Below are positions 17,788 to 28,017 of a stretch of 64,000 nucleotides of DNA, one piece after another; within the stretch, counting starts at the first letter, position 1, and each line of letters begins with the position of its first letter. The DNA is from a virus. Both the position numbers and the translations under genes were made by a program. The notes under the pieces were generated by a model. The model saw only the letters and a program-made list of their open reading frames with translations. It had not been told where the DNA came from and did not search any database. Location of the stretch: IMG/VR virus record IMGVR_UViG_3300017769_000001, positions 84,740-148,739 of that record; one strand, given 5' to 3'.

Positions 17788-18474
17788 ATGATTAACACCC
17801 GACTGAAAGACTTGGTTCCAGCTGGCGGTGAGCTGTTAGGTGACATCATCACCAATCAGCTCGATCCCCAACTCGGATACATGTGGGAGGTTCGGGTAGA
17901 AAGTGCGGATGCTCCGAGAGACTACGAACGGAGCATTCAGCTTTTCGCGAGAAACGTGACTCTCCCCCAACGATCAGTTGAACCGATTCGCCGTGAGTAC
18001 ATGGGAGAGTCTGTTGTCCATGCCGGATACTCTTCGGATCCAAAACAGATTCGAGTGACTTTCTGGGATGACAAGCGACTTATCGGCTACCGATATTTCA
18101 ACGACTGGATAAACCAGTTGTCGGATCCGATGTATGGTCGTCAAGGACGCCAGACAATGACTCGGAAGAAAGTCGTAATGAAACTCAAAGACAGGACTGA
18201 CTTCTTCGTGGGTGTTGAGATTGAGTTCACTGGGGCATTCGTTTTCAACATTGGGGATGTTACTCTGAGTTACGATGAAAGTATTCCTTTCTTGTTTAAC
18301 GTCGGTATCCAATACGATGACATGTTGATGAACGGAACTCGTTACAGCATGGAAGAAATTAAGAATGCTTCTGGTAATTCTGATTTCTTTTCTAAGATAA
18401 ACAAACAGTTAAACGACAGAATCAGCGCAGCGAAAAACAAGGCATCCGATTTCATTGGCGGGTTAGGAGACTGA
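17788..18474 (+). CDS. tail tube paralog / tube initiator
   Basis: YMWEV, VTLP, VTFWDD and FNVGIQYD parallel the tube protein. Confidence 0.7.
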   Translation: MINTRLKDLVPAGGELLGDIITNQLDPQLGYMWEVRVESADAPRDYERSIQLFARNVTLPQRSVEPIRREYMGESVVHAGYSSDPKQIRVTFWDDKRLIGYRYFNDWINQLSDPMYGRQGRQTMTRKKVVMKLKDRTDFFVGVEIEFTGAFVFNIGDVTLSYDESIPFLFNVGIQYDDMLMNGTRYSMEEIKNASGNSDFFSKINKQLNDRISAAKNKASDFIGGLGD

Positions 18475-18475
18475 A

Positions 18476-19219
18476 TTGAGCTACGAACAATTTGAAACGT
18501 ATGAGAAGAATCTACACAAGCGCAGGGTTTCAGAACCTGCTCGCGCTTATCTGTGGGCGGTCGAACTTCCTGACCTGACTGTCGATCCTTCTAACGGGTC
18601 AAAGTCTGAAAGCTTCTCTAAAGCATCCTCGGATCTAAAAAGCAGATTCCTCCCCGTTGATATGCAGTTGGTGAATACGCTTGTGACATCAATCACCACG
18701 CCGTTCTTCACATTTGATACTGACAAGGTAACGAGTGGTAGTACGTTCTGGTACAAAGCCACACATAACGACATTTCAAACATCTCCATGACTCTCGAAG
18801 AGCAGGAGAATGGTGTTGTCTGGAATTACATCAACAACTGGAAGAATCTGATGCTTGCTTCAAACGGCGGACAAAACCCTCCGGCGTTCTACAAGCGAGA
18901 TATTACTTTTCTTCGTCTCGACCTGATGAAGATGCAGTTTCAAAAATTTGTTTACAGCAACTATTTTATCAGTGAAGTATCTCAGATCACAAATGACTAT
19001 ACATCAAATGCAGCAGTGCAGTATAATCTGACGTTTACTGGTGATAGTCTACTTCCGGTATATACCCTTGAAGGTGCTGCGCTTGAGGCTAGATTGGAGA
19101 GAGCATCTCAGCTTCTTGGCGGTGTCGAGATTCCTTACGATCCATTTGCGTACTCCGGAGTTCCTGCACCGGCAATTTCCAATTTACTTGGAACCATCGC
19201 CTCAAGGGCTCTGACTTAA
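18476..19219 (+). CDS. second tail tube paralog / baseplate-tube junction
   Basis: PARAYLWAVE, YINNWKN and YNLTFTGD; tube-like pattern; TTG start. Confidence 0.6.
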   Translation: MSYEQFETYEKNLHKRRVSEPARAYLWAVELPDLTVDPSNGSKSESFSKASSDLKSRFLPVDMQLVNTLVTSITTPFFTFDTDKVTSGSTFWYKATHNDISNISMTLEEQENGVVWNYINNWKNLMLASNGGQNPPAFYKRDITFLRLDLMKMQFQKFVYSNYFISEVSQITNDYTSNAAVQYNLTFTGDSLLPVYTLEGAALEARLERASQLLGGVEIPYDPFAYSGVPAPAISNLLGTIASRALT

Positions 19220-19253
19220 CGCGTAAATAGTAATATCAAAAAGGAGCGGAACA

Positions 19254-20117
19254 ATGGGAAACCCTACCCCTGATAAGATGTTCATGGATAATCCCCCTGA
19301 ACAGCCAAAAGAAAAAGTCGACCTATCACCAAAGGTATATGAGCCAGTCGAACAACCAATTGATGCACACGTGGATTCCCCCGTTGGCAACGTTGTAGAT
19401 CTTCCTTCAAAGGGTCTGCTTGGTTACCCGGCTTCGATCACCCACCGTGAGATTATGGCTGGCGACGAAGAGATTCTGAAATCTTCGACGAACAAAAACT
19501 TCAGTCGAACCGTCAACAAAGTTCTGAAGTCCATCTGCAACAACGCAGAATTCTTCGATGACATGTATGTTGGCGACCGGGATTATGTGATGATCCATAT
19601 CTGGGCAAACACATACGACTCTGAGAAAGAGTTTGAAGTGAAGTGTCGCCACTGCCAACACAAAGACGACATGAAGATCGATATCTTCAGATTGGATTCA
19701 ATCGACCCGAAAGATAACATGCCGTCAAGACTTCCGATGCGAGTATCAAAAACCGGTGACACAATCAAACTTCGATTGGTTACTGTTCGCGATGACAACA
19801 ACGCAGAAGAGTACATGGCGAAGAACCCGAACGCCGAAGTTTCTACGGAGACCCTGCACTACGCTCTGGCGATTGAGTTTGGGCGTCCGATGAGCATTGC
19901 TGAACGGATTCAATATGTCCATGAGAACATCACGGCGAAAGAACTGGCGACGATTCGGGAATTCCATCGTCATTTCAGCTTTGGTCTGGATACAAGCTTT
20001 GAACATACGTGCTCAGAGTGTCAGGGGGTCACTCGTGGAAATATTCCCTTTCTCCCCGAGGACATTATCAATCCTCAAGTACGAACAGATCTTGAGCAGC
20101 TACTACGATCTCAGTAA
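19254..20117 (+). CDS. gp26: baseplate hub / tail assembly chaperone (gp26-like)
   Basis: LPSKG, DEEIL, GDRDY, CRHC and CSEC zinc motifs. Confidence 0.8.
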   Translation: MGNPTPDKMFMDNPPEQPKEKVDLSPKVYEPVEQPIDAHVDSPVGNVVDLPSKGLLGYPASITHREIMAGDEEILKSSTNKNFSRTVNKVLKSICNNAEFFDDMYVGDRDYVMIHIWANTYDSEKEFEVKCRHCQHKDDMKIDIFRLDSIDPKDNMPSRLPMRVSKTGDTIKLRLVTVRDDNNAEEYMAKNPNAEVSTETLHYALAIEFGRPMSIAERIQYVHENITAKELATIREFHRHFSFGLDTSFEHTCSECQGVTRGNIPFLPEDIINPQVRTDLEQLLRSQ

Positions 20118-20250
20118 GGTTCTTGGCGGGGATCCTGTGAGCTATAGACAAATGCCTATGGCTCATATGATTTACTTTAACCGAAGGTTGAGTAAAGATA
20201 TCAAAGATAAAGATCCGTTTATCTATCCACACCCTCCGATATCCCTCTGA
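20050..20250 (+). CDS. gp51-like / chaperone extension in the +1 frame
   Basis: YYDLSKVLG...YRQMPMAHMIYFNRRL resembles small hub-assembly proteins; no SD-supported start, so the 5' boundary is uncertain. Confidence 0.5.
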   Translation, partial: FSPRTLSILKYEQILSSYYDLSKVLGGDPVSYRQMPMAHMIYFNRRLSKDIKDKDPFIYPHPPISL

Positions 20251-20256
20251 CTGACA

Positions 20257-20309
20257 TGGCAAGCCCTAAATAACCTCATATCTACAAAAGGTTTATTTGG
20301 AGCTTGCCA
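20257..20309 (+). promoter_or_regulatory. RBS-sequestering hairpin containing a late promoter
   Basis: TGGCAAGC-CCTAAATAACCT pairs with AGGTTTATTTGGA-GCTTGCCA, covering GGAG just before ATG 20310. Confidence 0.75.
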
Positions 20310-22577
20310 ATGTCTAATCGCAACTACCGTCCAATCGAAAGTATCAGACTTGAAGCTGAACTGTCACTAGCAGATTTTCTTTTCGATCAAGAAATTATTT
20401 CAGAAAGTGCCTATGCAATTGAGTACATGGGAACCAAAACTTTCGACCTGATGGAGTCTGCGTCTCGAAGCAATTCTCCCGGTTACTACTACGGAAAGGG
20501 AAAGGACGCAATTTACTATGTTGATTTCAGAAACATCTGGAACAACGTAAAAGACTATCCGTCAACAGAAGACGTTTATCGAGTATTTCACCCATCTGTC
20601 CAAAACGTAGAGGCGAATACAGCCACTACATGGTCGTCAAGGGTTCTTAACAAGTTTCTGGGCGGAAATAAAGGCGATCCCGGAGTACCGGAGGCTCGAA
20701 CTGAACTCGTCGCTAAGACGACCAGAGAGCGCACAGATCTCGAAAAGAAAATCCGTGCTGGTGAAGCAGAAGAGCTTGCCGATGACTTTGGCGAATATTC
20801 AATTGACGGTGGGTATCAGCGAAAGTCGTCTCGTTCTGGAAACATTGAACGAGCATCTACCCTGTTCCCCGGTGAGCTTTACAGCGACCAGTCTCGGATT
20901 CCGAAGCGTCGTTGGGGTTCATGGTGGAAGCGGTTCCTGAGAGCAAGAACCAGCGTAGCAGACCCAGAAAGCGGATTGCTGGCTATGCGCAAATGGTCGA
21001 AGCACTTCATTATGGGGTATCAGATCACTCCGAATCTTTTATTCGAAATCTGGTACAACAACATGGACAGTACATTCAGCGTCCATGACAAATACGGGAA
21101 CGTGGTTCAGCGTGGCGACAGTATTCCTTTGATTCGCGATGCTCTTAACGTTCTGTTCCATAATGTGGCAGATGCAAGTCCCAAAGACGCAGAAATCCTC
21201 AACATGAGAACTCCGAGCCTGCGTCGTGTGAATCAGGACATTGAAGCAGCACTGTCTGGCAGCGTTGATTCCGCACGGTCATACGCGGAACGTGTTCGTG
21301 ATCGTAAAGAAAAGACAATCCAACAACAGGAAGCTGAACGCAAACGTCGTCAGGAAAAGGAAGAGCGCGGTATTGAGCTTGGTGCTGACATCCGAGGCGA
21401 AGAAACTCGCAAATCTGAAGAAGAGACAGTTCAAAGTTTCCGTGACCGCGTGAAGAACGCTGTGAAAGACAAAGCGAAAGAAGCTGCAAAACAGGCTGCT
21501 GACAACTATAAGCAATCTACTCAATCTGGTGTTGCTTCTCCTTCCTATGCGAAGAACACAAAGCAGACAGATGATGTTTCTGATGAAGCTGCTCGTCGCC
21601 GTGAGGCTCGTCAGGCAGAAGCCATGCGTCGTGAAGAAACACGTGATGCTGAACGCAAGCGTAAGATGGAGACCGAAAAACTGAAAGCCCAGAGTGAGCT
21701 TGCAGCGAAAATCGACGATCTGTCTCAAGAGCTTGAAGACATGCGTTCTGATCCTGCTTACTTCGACGATGAAGCTACTCGTCAGGAAGAGATCAGAAAG
21801 GCTGAACAGGAACTTGCTGATGTCCAGAAAGCTGTTGCTGAATATGAAGACGACGATTTCGATTCTCGTCTGAAGGCCGAGTTTGAAAAGCTGAACAAAA
21901 AGATCGAAGCAAGTAACAAGCGTCGTGAGAAAAAGAAATCAGATGATTCACCTTCACTGGATGACTATGTGAACTCCGGGAAGAACAAGAAAAAGAAATC
22001 TGTGAATGAGTCTGCGATTGATGACCTCCTTGGCGGTCAAGCCGACAATGATGCTGAGTTCGATCTTCAGGATTACGATATGAATCCTCTGTACCGTCCA
22101 GAGGTTAATCGAGAAGTCGAACAAACCAGACAGAAGGCTGAGAACAGTCCGTTCACAAAGCAGCTGATCAATAGCATGTTCTTGGAAGGGTTCGTTCAGG
22201 TATACGATCAGACTCGTGTGAAAGACAACCGTACGTTCATTCGTCGTATTTTCGACCGACTGAAGATCTTCCGTGGAAGGGTTGAACCTATCGCACTCCC
22301 GTCTCGAATCGTTTCCAGCTACATGAAAGTGAAAGGATTTTTTGCTGGGGCGCAGGCGCGTGCGGATTTCATCATCGGCTACACCATAAATGATGTTGCC
22401 AACTTTGAGATCTGGTATGTGCAGGAGATCAGCGCGGATGGAACCCAGCAGTATGCGAGTTTCTATCTGTATGATGTCACTGCAATGAAAATCATTCAGA
22501 AGAACATCCCGCATTACAGAAACGCAGTTCAACTTCTGATCCTGAAGATCGGATCTGAGGATACAAAGGGAGCTTAA
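20310..22577 (+). CDS. large late protein with duplicated globular domain and central coiled coil (putative virion/internal protein)
   Basis: FIMGY...FEIWY...IP..R.A motif occurs twice around a charged coiled coil; own late promoter. Confidence 0.65.
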   Translation: MSNRNYRPIESIRLEAELSLADFLFDQEIISESAYAIEYMGTKTFDLMESASRSNSPGYYYGKGKDAIYYVDFRNIWNNVKDYPSTEDVYRVFHPSVQNVEANTATTWSSRVLNKFLGGNKGDPGVPEARTELVAKTTRERTDLEKKIRAGEAEELADDFGEYSIDGGYQRKSSRSGNIERASTLFPGELYSDQSRIPKRRWGSWWKRFLRARTSVADPESGLLAMRKWSKHFIMGYQITPNLLFEIWYNNMDSTFSVHDKYGNVVQRGDSIPLIRDALNVLFHNVADASPKDAEILNMRTPSLRRVNQDIEAALSGSVDSARSYAERVRDRKEKTIQQQEAERKRRQEKEERGIELGADIRGEETRKSEEETVQSFRDRVKNAVKDKAKEAAKQAADNYKQSTQSGVASPSYAKNTKQTDDVSDEAARRREARQAEAMRREETRDAERKRKMETEKLKAQSELAAKIDDLSQELEDMRSDPAYFDDEATRQEEIRKAEQELADVQKAVAEYEDDDFDSRLKAEFEKLNKKIEASNKRREKKKSDDSPSLDDYVNSGKNKKKKSVNESAIDDLLGGQADNDAEFDLQDYDMNPLYRPEVNREVEQTRQKAENSPFTKQLINSMFLEGFVQVYDQTRVKDNRTFIRRIFDRLKIFRGRVEPIALPSRIVSSYMKVKGFFAGAQARADFIIGYTINDVANFEIWYVQEISADGTQQYASFYLYDVTAMKIIQKNIPHYRNAVQLLILKIGSEDTKGA

Positions 22578-22580
22578 TAG

Positions 22581-24995
22581 ATGCTCATTGAAAGAGAAGC
22601 AATTGACAATTGGGATCCATCCGAGCCACGAACCAACGGAAGACCTGCTGGTTCTGGTCTTGATATCGTTTCTCTGTCAAAAATCGGGATTGATGTAAAT
22701 GTAAAGGAAATTGAAGACTCGACTGTCAATAATCTGACGATGGCGATGACTCAGAACCAGTTCAAAGTTCGTGTCATGAACCTGAAGTCTGGAATTATCA
22801 CACCGTTGACGGATTACTTCAACTTCCGATTCCAGCAGCAGGATTCTGTGGAGACCCAACGCCATAAAGAGTCTATTCTTTATAGTGCAGACTTAAAGCG
22901 TACAATCGAGCGAGTGAACGCCCGTAGCGATTTCGCTCTCGTGAACAGTTTCCGAGAAACGTATTATGGCTTGACAAAATCAATCACGTCCGCCATTGGG
23001 ACGGTGATTACCCCTGTTCTGAAAGGGATCGGATTCGTTCTCTTCGGGACAAAGGATAAGGGGAAGACGGTCGTTCAGGCGATTGAAGAACAAACTCAGT
23101 TCCTGAGAACTGGCAAAATCTTCGAAAGCAGCAACATGTTCTCTCGCTTCATGCGACGTGGTCTTGTTGGTAGTGCTGTTGCAGGTGCTGCTGATCTTGT
23201 TGGATTGGGGAGACAAGCAGCCCAGAGAGCAGAAAGAAAGCGTGCTGCTGGAGAAGACCGCACAATTCGTGAGAATATTGTCACACAGATGGGCATCTGG
23301 TGGGGTACGTTTGGGGATATTGAGAAATTCGACACCAGACGGAACTTCGCCCCGGATTCTTCTGAGTTCCGACAGGAGTCTCTGTTGGATCGCATTCGCT
23401 TGTCATCTGAGGCGTTCTTAGAGTTCTTCCGGGACTACAGTGGTAAGATGTTTGATGAAGTTCGAATGATTAACATCAACCTTGCCAATTACTTGAAGAA
23501 ATCTCCGGATACATCTGAAGCTGCGAACGAAGAAAATTACGAAGTTGAAGAGAAGCTCTTCAGTCGGGTGACCCAAGCAATCCATCAAGCAAACGATAGC
23601 TCAATCGTTGCCATGGCTGCTGGGTACGATAACATCGTCAGAAATGACAACGAGAACATGCGGGAATCAATACGCATGTCTTCTTTTGACAACTTCAGAA
23701 ATTCTCAAATCCTCAGAAATATCAACGAGGAAATGAAGCAAACAAACAGTCCGGTTCTGACTCCGTTCGAGAACCGTATGCTCGAATCAAGCAATGCACA
23801 GTACGAGCAGCTGCTTGAAGCAAATGAGCTGGCTCGTATTCGTGAAGAAAGAAGAAAAGAATCAATCGAAGGTTCCGGTGGTCTTCTCGGTGCTATTACT
23901 GGGCTTCTGTCTGGTGCCGCTGGGCCTCTTGCTTCCCTTGGTAAGAAGTTCATTATTACACCTATTATGGGTGCTATTAAAGCAGGCGGTGCTTGGATTG
24001 CCAAGAACGGATTTAAAGTATTGCTTCGTGCTCCATTCGCCAAGGTGTTTGCCGTTGGTATGGTTTCAAAACTGTTATACGACCATATTCTTCGCCCTAC
24101 TGTATCTTGGTTCGATAACACATTCGATACTGAAATTGGAGCGAAGCTTGATTCGATTACTGGGTGGTTCTCTGAAAAATTCGGAAACATGGTCGATTGG
24201 ATTAAAGAAAAACTCCAAGGCGTTCCTGTGATCGGAAGACTGTTCAAGGAAGATAATGTCTCTGTTCCTGAAGTAGAAGAACCAGCAAAACGAAAAGAAG
24301 ATTCAGTCAGCGCAGTAGACACCGCGAAGAATTTCGGTAAATGGTATGGAAAGCAGTTTACTGAAATGGTTAGAACTGGTTCTACTGCCCTTGGTGGTAT
24401 TCTGGATCGCGGTCGTGGATTTGTTCGGGATTGGTTCAGTTCTGATGAGAGCAATGTTAATGGGGTCGTAAAAAGACCTTCATCATCAGATGTCTTTAGC
24501 TTTGCGAGGGACACTGCAAACAGAGCGTATTCCGGAATCACTACAGCCGCAAAGAATACTCTGAAGATCAGTCAGGCGTTTGTTGGAGAACTGTCAGATT
24601 CAATTCCGAAAGCGATTGAAGAAGGTATCGACAGGCTTCGTGGATATGACTACGACGCATTTGAGAAAATGCGAGCATTAGGACTATCGCCGCTGTCTAT
24701 TGCAGATAGTGCGATGAGTTCAGTAATAAATCCTCTGTCTCCAAATACGTCAGATCTGGTTTCTGAACAGATGGTACTCGCTGCGTCCGAAAGTAAGCGA
24801 ATGGCGTTCGAACAGGTTGAACTAATGAAACGCCAGAGAGAAGAAGCAGCCGCATTCAATCGCAGGTTTCTTGAAGTTATGCAGGCCGTTGCCGGGAATA
24901 CTGAAGCGACTGCTGGTGCAACCATGGCTGGCGTTCGTGCGACAACCGAAATGCAGCGAAGAAAAGACACATTAGACGTACCGAAGGATATGTAA
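22581..24995 (+). CDS. tape measure protein (gp29-like)
   Basis: 804 aa, helical, Gly/Ala-rich hydrophobic segment, periodic Trp; upstream of baseplate genes. Confidence 0.7.
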   Translation: MLIEREAIDNWDPSEPRTNGRPAGSGLDIVSLSKIGIDVNVKEIEDSTVNNLTMAMTQNQFKVRVMNLKSGIITPLTDYFNFRFQQQDSVETQRHKESILYSADLKRTIERVNARSDFALVNSFRETYYGLTKSITSAIGTVITPVLKGIGFVLFGTKDKGKTVVQAIEEQTQFLRTGKIFESSNMFSRFMRRGLVGSAVAGAADLVGLGRQAAQRAERKRAAGEDRTIRENIVTQMGIWWGTFGDIEKFDTRRNFAPDSSEFRQESLLDRIRLSSEAFLEFFRDYSGKMFDEVRMININLANYLKKSPDTSEAANEENYEVEEKLFSRVTQAIHQANDSSIVAMAAGYDNIVRNDNENMRESIRMSSFDNFRNSQILRNINEEMKQTNSPVLTPFENRMLESSNAQYEQLLEANELARIREERRKESIEGSGGLLGAITGLLSGAAGPLASLGKKFIITPIMGAIKAGGAWIAKNGFKVLLRAPFAKVFAVGMVSKLLYDHILRPTVSWFDNTFDTEIGAKLDSITGWFSEKFGNMVDWIKEKLQGVPVIGRLFKEDNVSVPEVEEPAKRKEDSVSAVDTAKNFGKWYGKQFTEMVRTGSTALGGILDRGRGFVRDWFSSDESNVNGVVKRPSSSDVFSFARDTANRAYSGITTAAKNTLKISQAFVGELSDSIPKAIEEGIDRLRGYDYDAFEKMRALGLSPLSIADSAMSSVINPLSPNTSDLVSEQMVLAASESKRMAFEQVELMKRQREEAAAFNRRFLEVMQAVAGNTEATAGATMAGVRATTEMQRRKDTLDVPKDM

Positions 24996-25714
24996 TGTCA
25001 ACAACACTCAATAAAATCGAAGAGCTTTATCTTAGCAACCCGGAGTCGGTGCTGACAATTATCCAGAAGGATGATGAGGGAAGATATCTGAGGAAAGTGA
25101 GGGCACCACTTCCAGACGGGTTTGGTATGTCTGTTGGGTCGGCTTTCACTGACCCTCAGAATATTGACCTTGCAGCACACACAGGAGCTGGCAGATTCGG
25201 CCAAATCCTTTCTGTGGCAATGCGTGGTGCTTCTGCTTTAACAGGTTTCTCTACACGAGCGGTTCAGAACAGTAACACATTCTATGCTGGGCCTGAACCT
25301 ACTGAAATTTCATTTGAGATCCGATTTGATTCTTTCTACTCTGCGTACCACGAAGTCGTGGTTCCCGCTGCTCGTCTTATGATGATGAGCGTTGGTACAG
25401 AAAGAACCCTGAAAGATCTCAATGAAGTCGTTAAGGGAGAACTGAAAACAGAAGAGCTGGCAGCAACGAATGAGGAAGTCGATTCAATCATGACTAATTT
25501 CGGTTTGATCAAGTCTGCTGGGGAATGCATCATAAAATTCGGGAAGACGATGACAATACCTCGTGCGTATGTCTCTAGTGTTGGGACTAAATTTTCGAAC
25601 GTCGTCGATAACCAAGGCTACCCGATTTCATGTGATTGTTCTGTAACCATCAAAGTGATCAGAAACCCAACCCAGACAGAGGTTGGTGCCAAGTACTTTG
25701 GAGGTATAAGATAA
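24995..25714 (+). CDS. baseplate tail-tube cap/initiator (gp48/gp54-like)
   Basis: FYAGPEPTEISFEIRF, AYVSSV and GYPISCDCSVTI; position after tape measure. Confidence 0.6.
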   Translation: MSTTLNKIEELYLSNPESVLTIIQKDDEGRYLRKVRAPLPDGFGMSVGSAFTDPQNIDLAAHTGAGRFGQILSVAMRGASALTGFSTRAVQNSNTFYAGPEPTEISFEIRFDSFYSAYHEVVVPAARLMMMSVGTERTLKDLNEVVKGELKTEELAATNEEVDSIMTNFGLIKSAGECIIKFGKTMTIPRAYVSSVGTKFSNVVDNQGYPISCDCSVTIKVIRNPTQTEVGAKYFGGIR

Positions 25715-26040
25715 TGATTTATAAGAGAAAATTCCTCTACAAACGTGAGACGGTCGGGGGAATTCGAGAGCTTGACTACCTACAGACTGAGTTATTCAAC
25801 CAGCAAATGGATACTGCTTTCGAGTTCACTATCACAGCATCAACTGCGTTTCGTCCGGATCTGATATCGAAACAAACCCTGAGCAGCTATCATTATGGAT
25901 GGTTGATTATGGATTACAACGACATTCTGGATCCGTACGAAGAGCTTTATGTTGGTCGTGTCTTGAGAATTCCTAAATTAGACGACTACTTCCAGTTTTA
26001 TAATGAAAACAGTGTCGTCAATAAGGAAGACCGTCAATGA
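25714..26040 (+). CDS. gp53: baseplate wedge LysM-like protein (gp53-like)
   Basis: RPDLIS...WLIMDYNDILDPYEELYVGRVLRIP; start at the TAATG overlap. Confidence 0.8.
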   Translation: MIYKRKFLYKRETVGGIRELDYLQTELFNQQMDTAFEFTITASTAFRPDLISKQTLSSYHYGWLIMDYNDILDPYEELYVGRVLRIPKLDDYFQFYNENSVVNKEDRQ

Positions 26041-27317
26041 GTGAACTTGTTCTGATCGATGAAATTACTCTCCAAAATGGTGAGTCGGATCCTGCGTACT
26101 CTACGTATTTTGTCCGACTGACCGCAGAGAGTTCTTCAGAAATTACACTTGGTGCATTTAAACCGATATCTCTCATAATCGAAGAGGGGTTTGGTAAGAC
26201 TGTTGTTGATTGTAAAATTGTTCTGGAGGATTTGGTTGGAACATTCGTCAATGTGAAACCAGTCGAAGGTAGTTTCATTTTCAATCTGTATATCGGTCGG
26301 TCTCCCGAATCTACCGTGAATTACAAAATGAGATTGAAAGCAGTAAGAAACGAAAACATGCAGCTGGGAGAATCTGCTGGATATCGTGTAGAGCTTCACC
26401 TGACATCCAGTCACTGGCAGTCAACCACTCATGACAGGCAATTTAAATCATGGCGTAATGTTCCTTATTCCCAAGCAGTTACCGATATGATCAATGATTC
26501 TGGTTTGGTTCCTATTTTTGTTTCTCCTACTGAGGGAAGCAAAAGACACATCATGAATCCGAACTGGACTCGCAAGCAGATGATGGACTGGATCCGGGAA
26601 CGTTGCAAAGGAACCAATGGGGATACGTTCTTTACGTACGCAGCACTTCCGAACAACATGTTCTTTTATTCGACATTCAGTGATCTGATAAAGGGAAACA
26701 TCAACAACACTATCGATTTTGAGCCACTGGATCCGAGGGAATTTGTCGTTTCTGGGGAAGGGATCAATGGTGATAATTCTCGACGTCGCTTGTATGACTT
26801 CAAAGTCGAGTCGAACTACGTTCAGGAACTCCGTAGCGGAGCTTCTGGGGTGTCTTACGGATACTACGACTATGACACCAGATCGTATGTGAAAGGCTCG
26901 CACACGTTCTCTGAGAGCCAAGAAGCACAATTATCTGACTGGGCGATGATCTCAGAGGATCAGGAAACGGTTGGAACGTTCCATTTCGGACATAGAAATA
27001 AGGAAGAAACTGAACAAATTGCAAAGGCAAAGGTTAGCTTGGAAATAAACAAGATCCACGACGTCATTACTTCAACGATGGGCTACTGTGATGTTCAGGT
27101 TGGTGAGCTTGTTGATGTACTAATCCCCATCAATCCAGAATTCCTTGATACGAAATTCAATGAATTTTTCTCTGGGGAATACGTTGTCTCATACAAGCGA
27201 ACCTATTGCAACCTCGAATCTTCAATGGCGAATACCGTATTTCGTATGACCCGTCAGGGAATTAATAGTCCCAACGTAAATACGCTGGCACAAAGCCAAA
27301 GGGGGAAAGTAGTTTGA
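26037..27317 (+). CDS. baseplate hub protein (gp27-like)
   Basis: Between gp53 and gp5; PNWT and VGELVDV...FSGEYVV motifs. Confidence 0.7.
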   Translation: MSELVLIDEITLQNGESDPAYSTYFVRLTAESSSEITLGAFKPISLIIEEGFGKTVVDCKIVLEDLVGTFVNVKPVEGSFIFNLYIGRSPESTVNYKMRLKAVRNENMQLGESAGYRVELHLTSSHWQSTTHDRQFKSWRNVPYSQAVTDMINDSGLVPIFVSPTEGSKRHIMNPNWTRKQMMDWIRERCKGTNGDTFFTYAALPNNMFFYSTFSDLIKGNINNTIDFEPLDPREFVVSGEGINGDNSRRRLYDFKVESNYVQELRSGASGVSYGYYDYDTRSYVKGSHTFSESQEAQLSDWAMISEDQETVGTFHFGHRNKEETEQIAKAKVSLEINKIHDVITSTMGYCDVQVGELVDVLIPINPEFLDTKFNEFFSGEYVVSYKRTYCNLESSMANTVFRMTRQGINSPNVNTLAQSQRGKVV

Positions 27318-28015
27318 ATCAATTTTTTGGAAATTATCGCGGCGAGGTAATTCGCACCGACGATCCTCTTAAAGCTGGCCGTGTGAAAGTCAATATTTTC
27401 GGTGTTTATGATGGTTTCAAGGAAGAAGACATTCCATGGGCAATATACGCAGATTCTTTTATGGGAGGATCGACAAAGGCTGGTGGAATTATTGTTCCGG
27501 AAGTAGGAGCGCATATCTGGTGTTTCTTTGAAGGCGGAAATCATCATTACCCTGTTTACTGGGCTGGTGCTCCCGCAATGAAAGATAAAACTCCTGATAT
27601 CCCTGCTGAAAGTAGCGCCAAGGAAAATCAATACCCGTTCAATAAGGTATTCAAGACGGGTGCCGGGTTTGTTGTTGAAGTTGATGATATGGCAGGCGAC
27701 ACGCGGTTCAGATTCTACCAACCATCCGGAAATGAATTGATTGTTGACCATGGAGGTAATGTTCAGGAAACTGTTGTCGGGACTACTGAACAAACAAAAA
27801 CCGGTGACGTAACAGAGAATTACGAAGCAAACCATACAACGAATACTGGCGGAAATAAAACAGAGGACGTTGCTGGCGATATAACTATCACTTCAGGAGG
27901 CACTATCACAATAGATTCAGGTGGTAGTACCATTACAATATCAAACGGGGGCGATATTGAGATTGTTTCGGCTGGACAGGTTAATGTCACCGGAGTGATG
28001 ATCAATCTGAACTGA
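27314..28015 (+). CDS. gp5: central spike (gp5/VgrG-like OB fold plus beta-helix, no lysozyme domain)
   Basis: YRGEV..DDPLKAGRVKV, IPWA, VPEVG, FEGG...PVYWAG, YPFNKV; Thr/Gly beta-helix tail. Confidence 0.88.
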   Translation: MNQFFGNYRGEVIRTDDPLKAGRVKVNIFGVYDGFKEEDIPWAIYADSFMGGSTKAGGIIVPEVGAHIWCFFEGGNHHYPVYWAGAPAMKDKTPDIPAESSAKENQYPFNKVFKTGAGFVVEVDDMAGDTRFRFYQPSGNELIVDHGGNVQETVVGTTEQTKTGDVTENYEANHTTNTGGNKTEDVAGDITITSGGTITIDSGGSTITISNGGDIEIVSAGQVNVTGVMINLN

Positions 28016-28017
28016 TT

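Noticed and set aside
17284-19219. Three tube-like paralogs as a novelty
   Set aside because: Tube-fold initiator/cap paralogs (gp48/gp54 type) are normal in contractile tails
23705-24541. 278-aa minus-strand ORF
   Set aside because: Antisense shadow of the tape-measure gene
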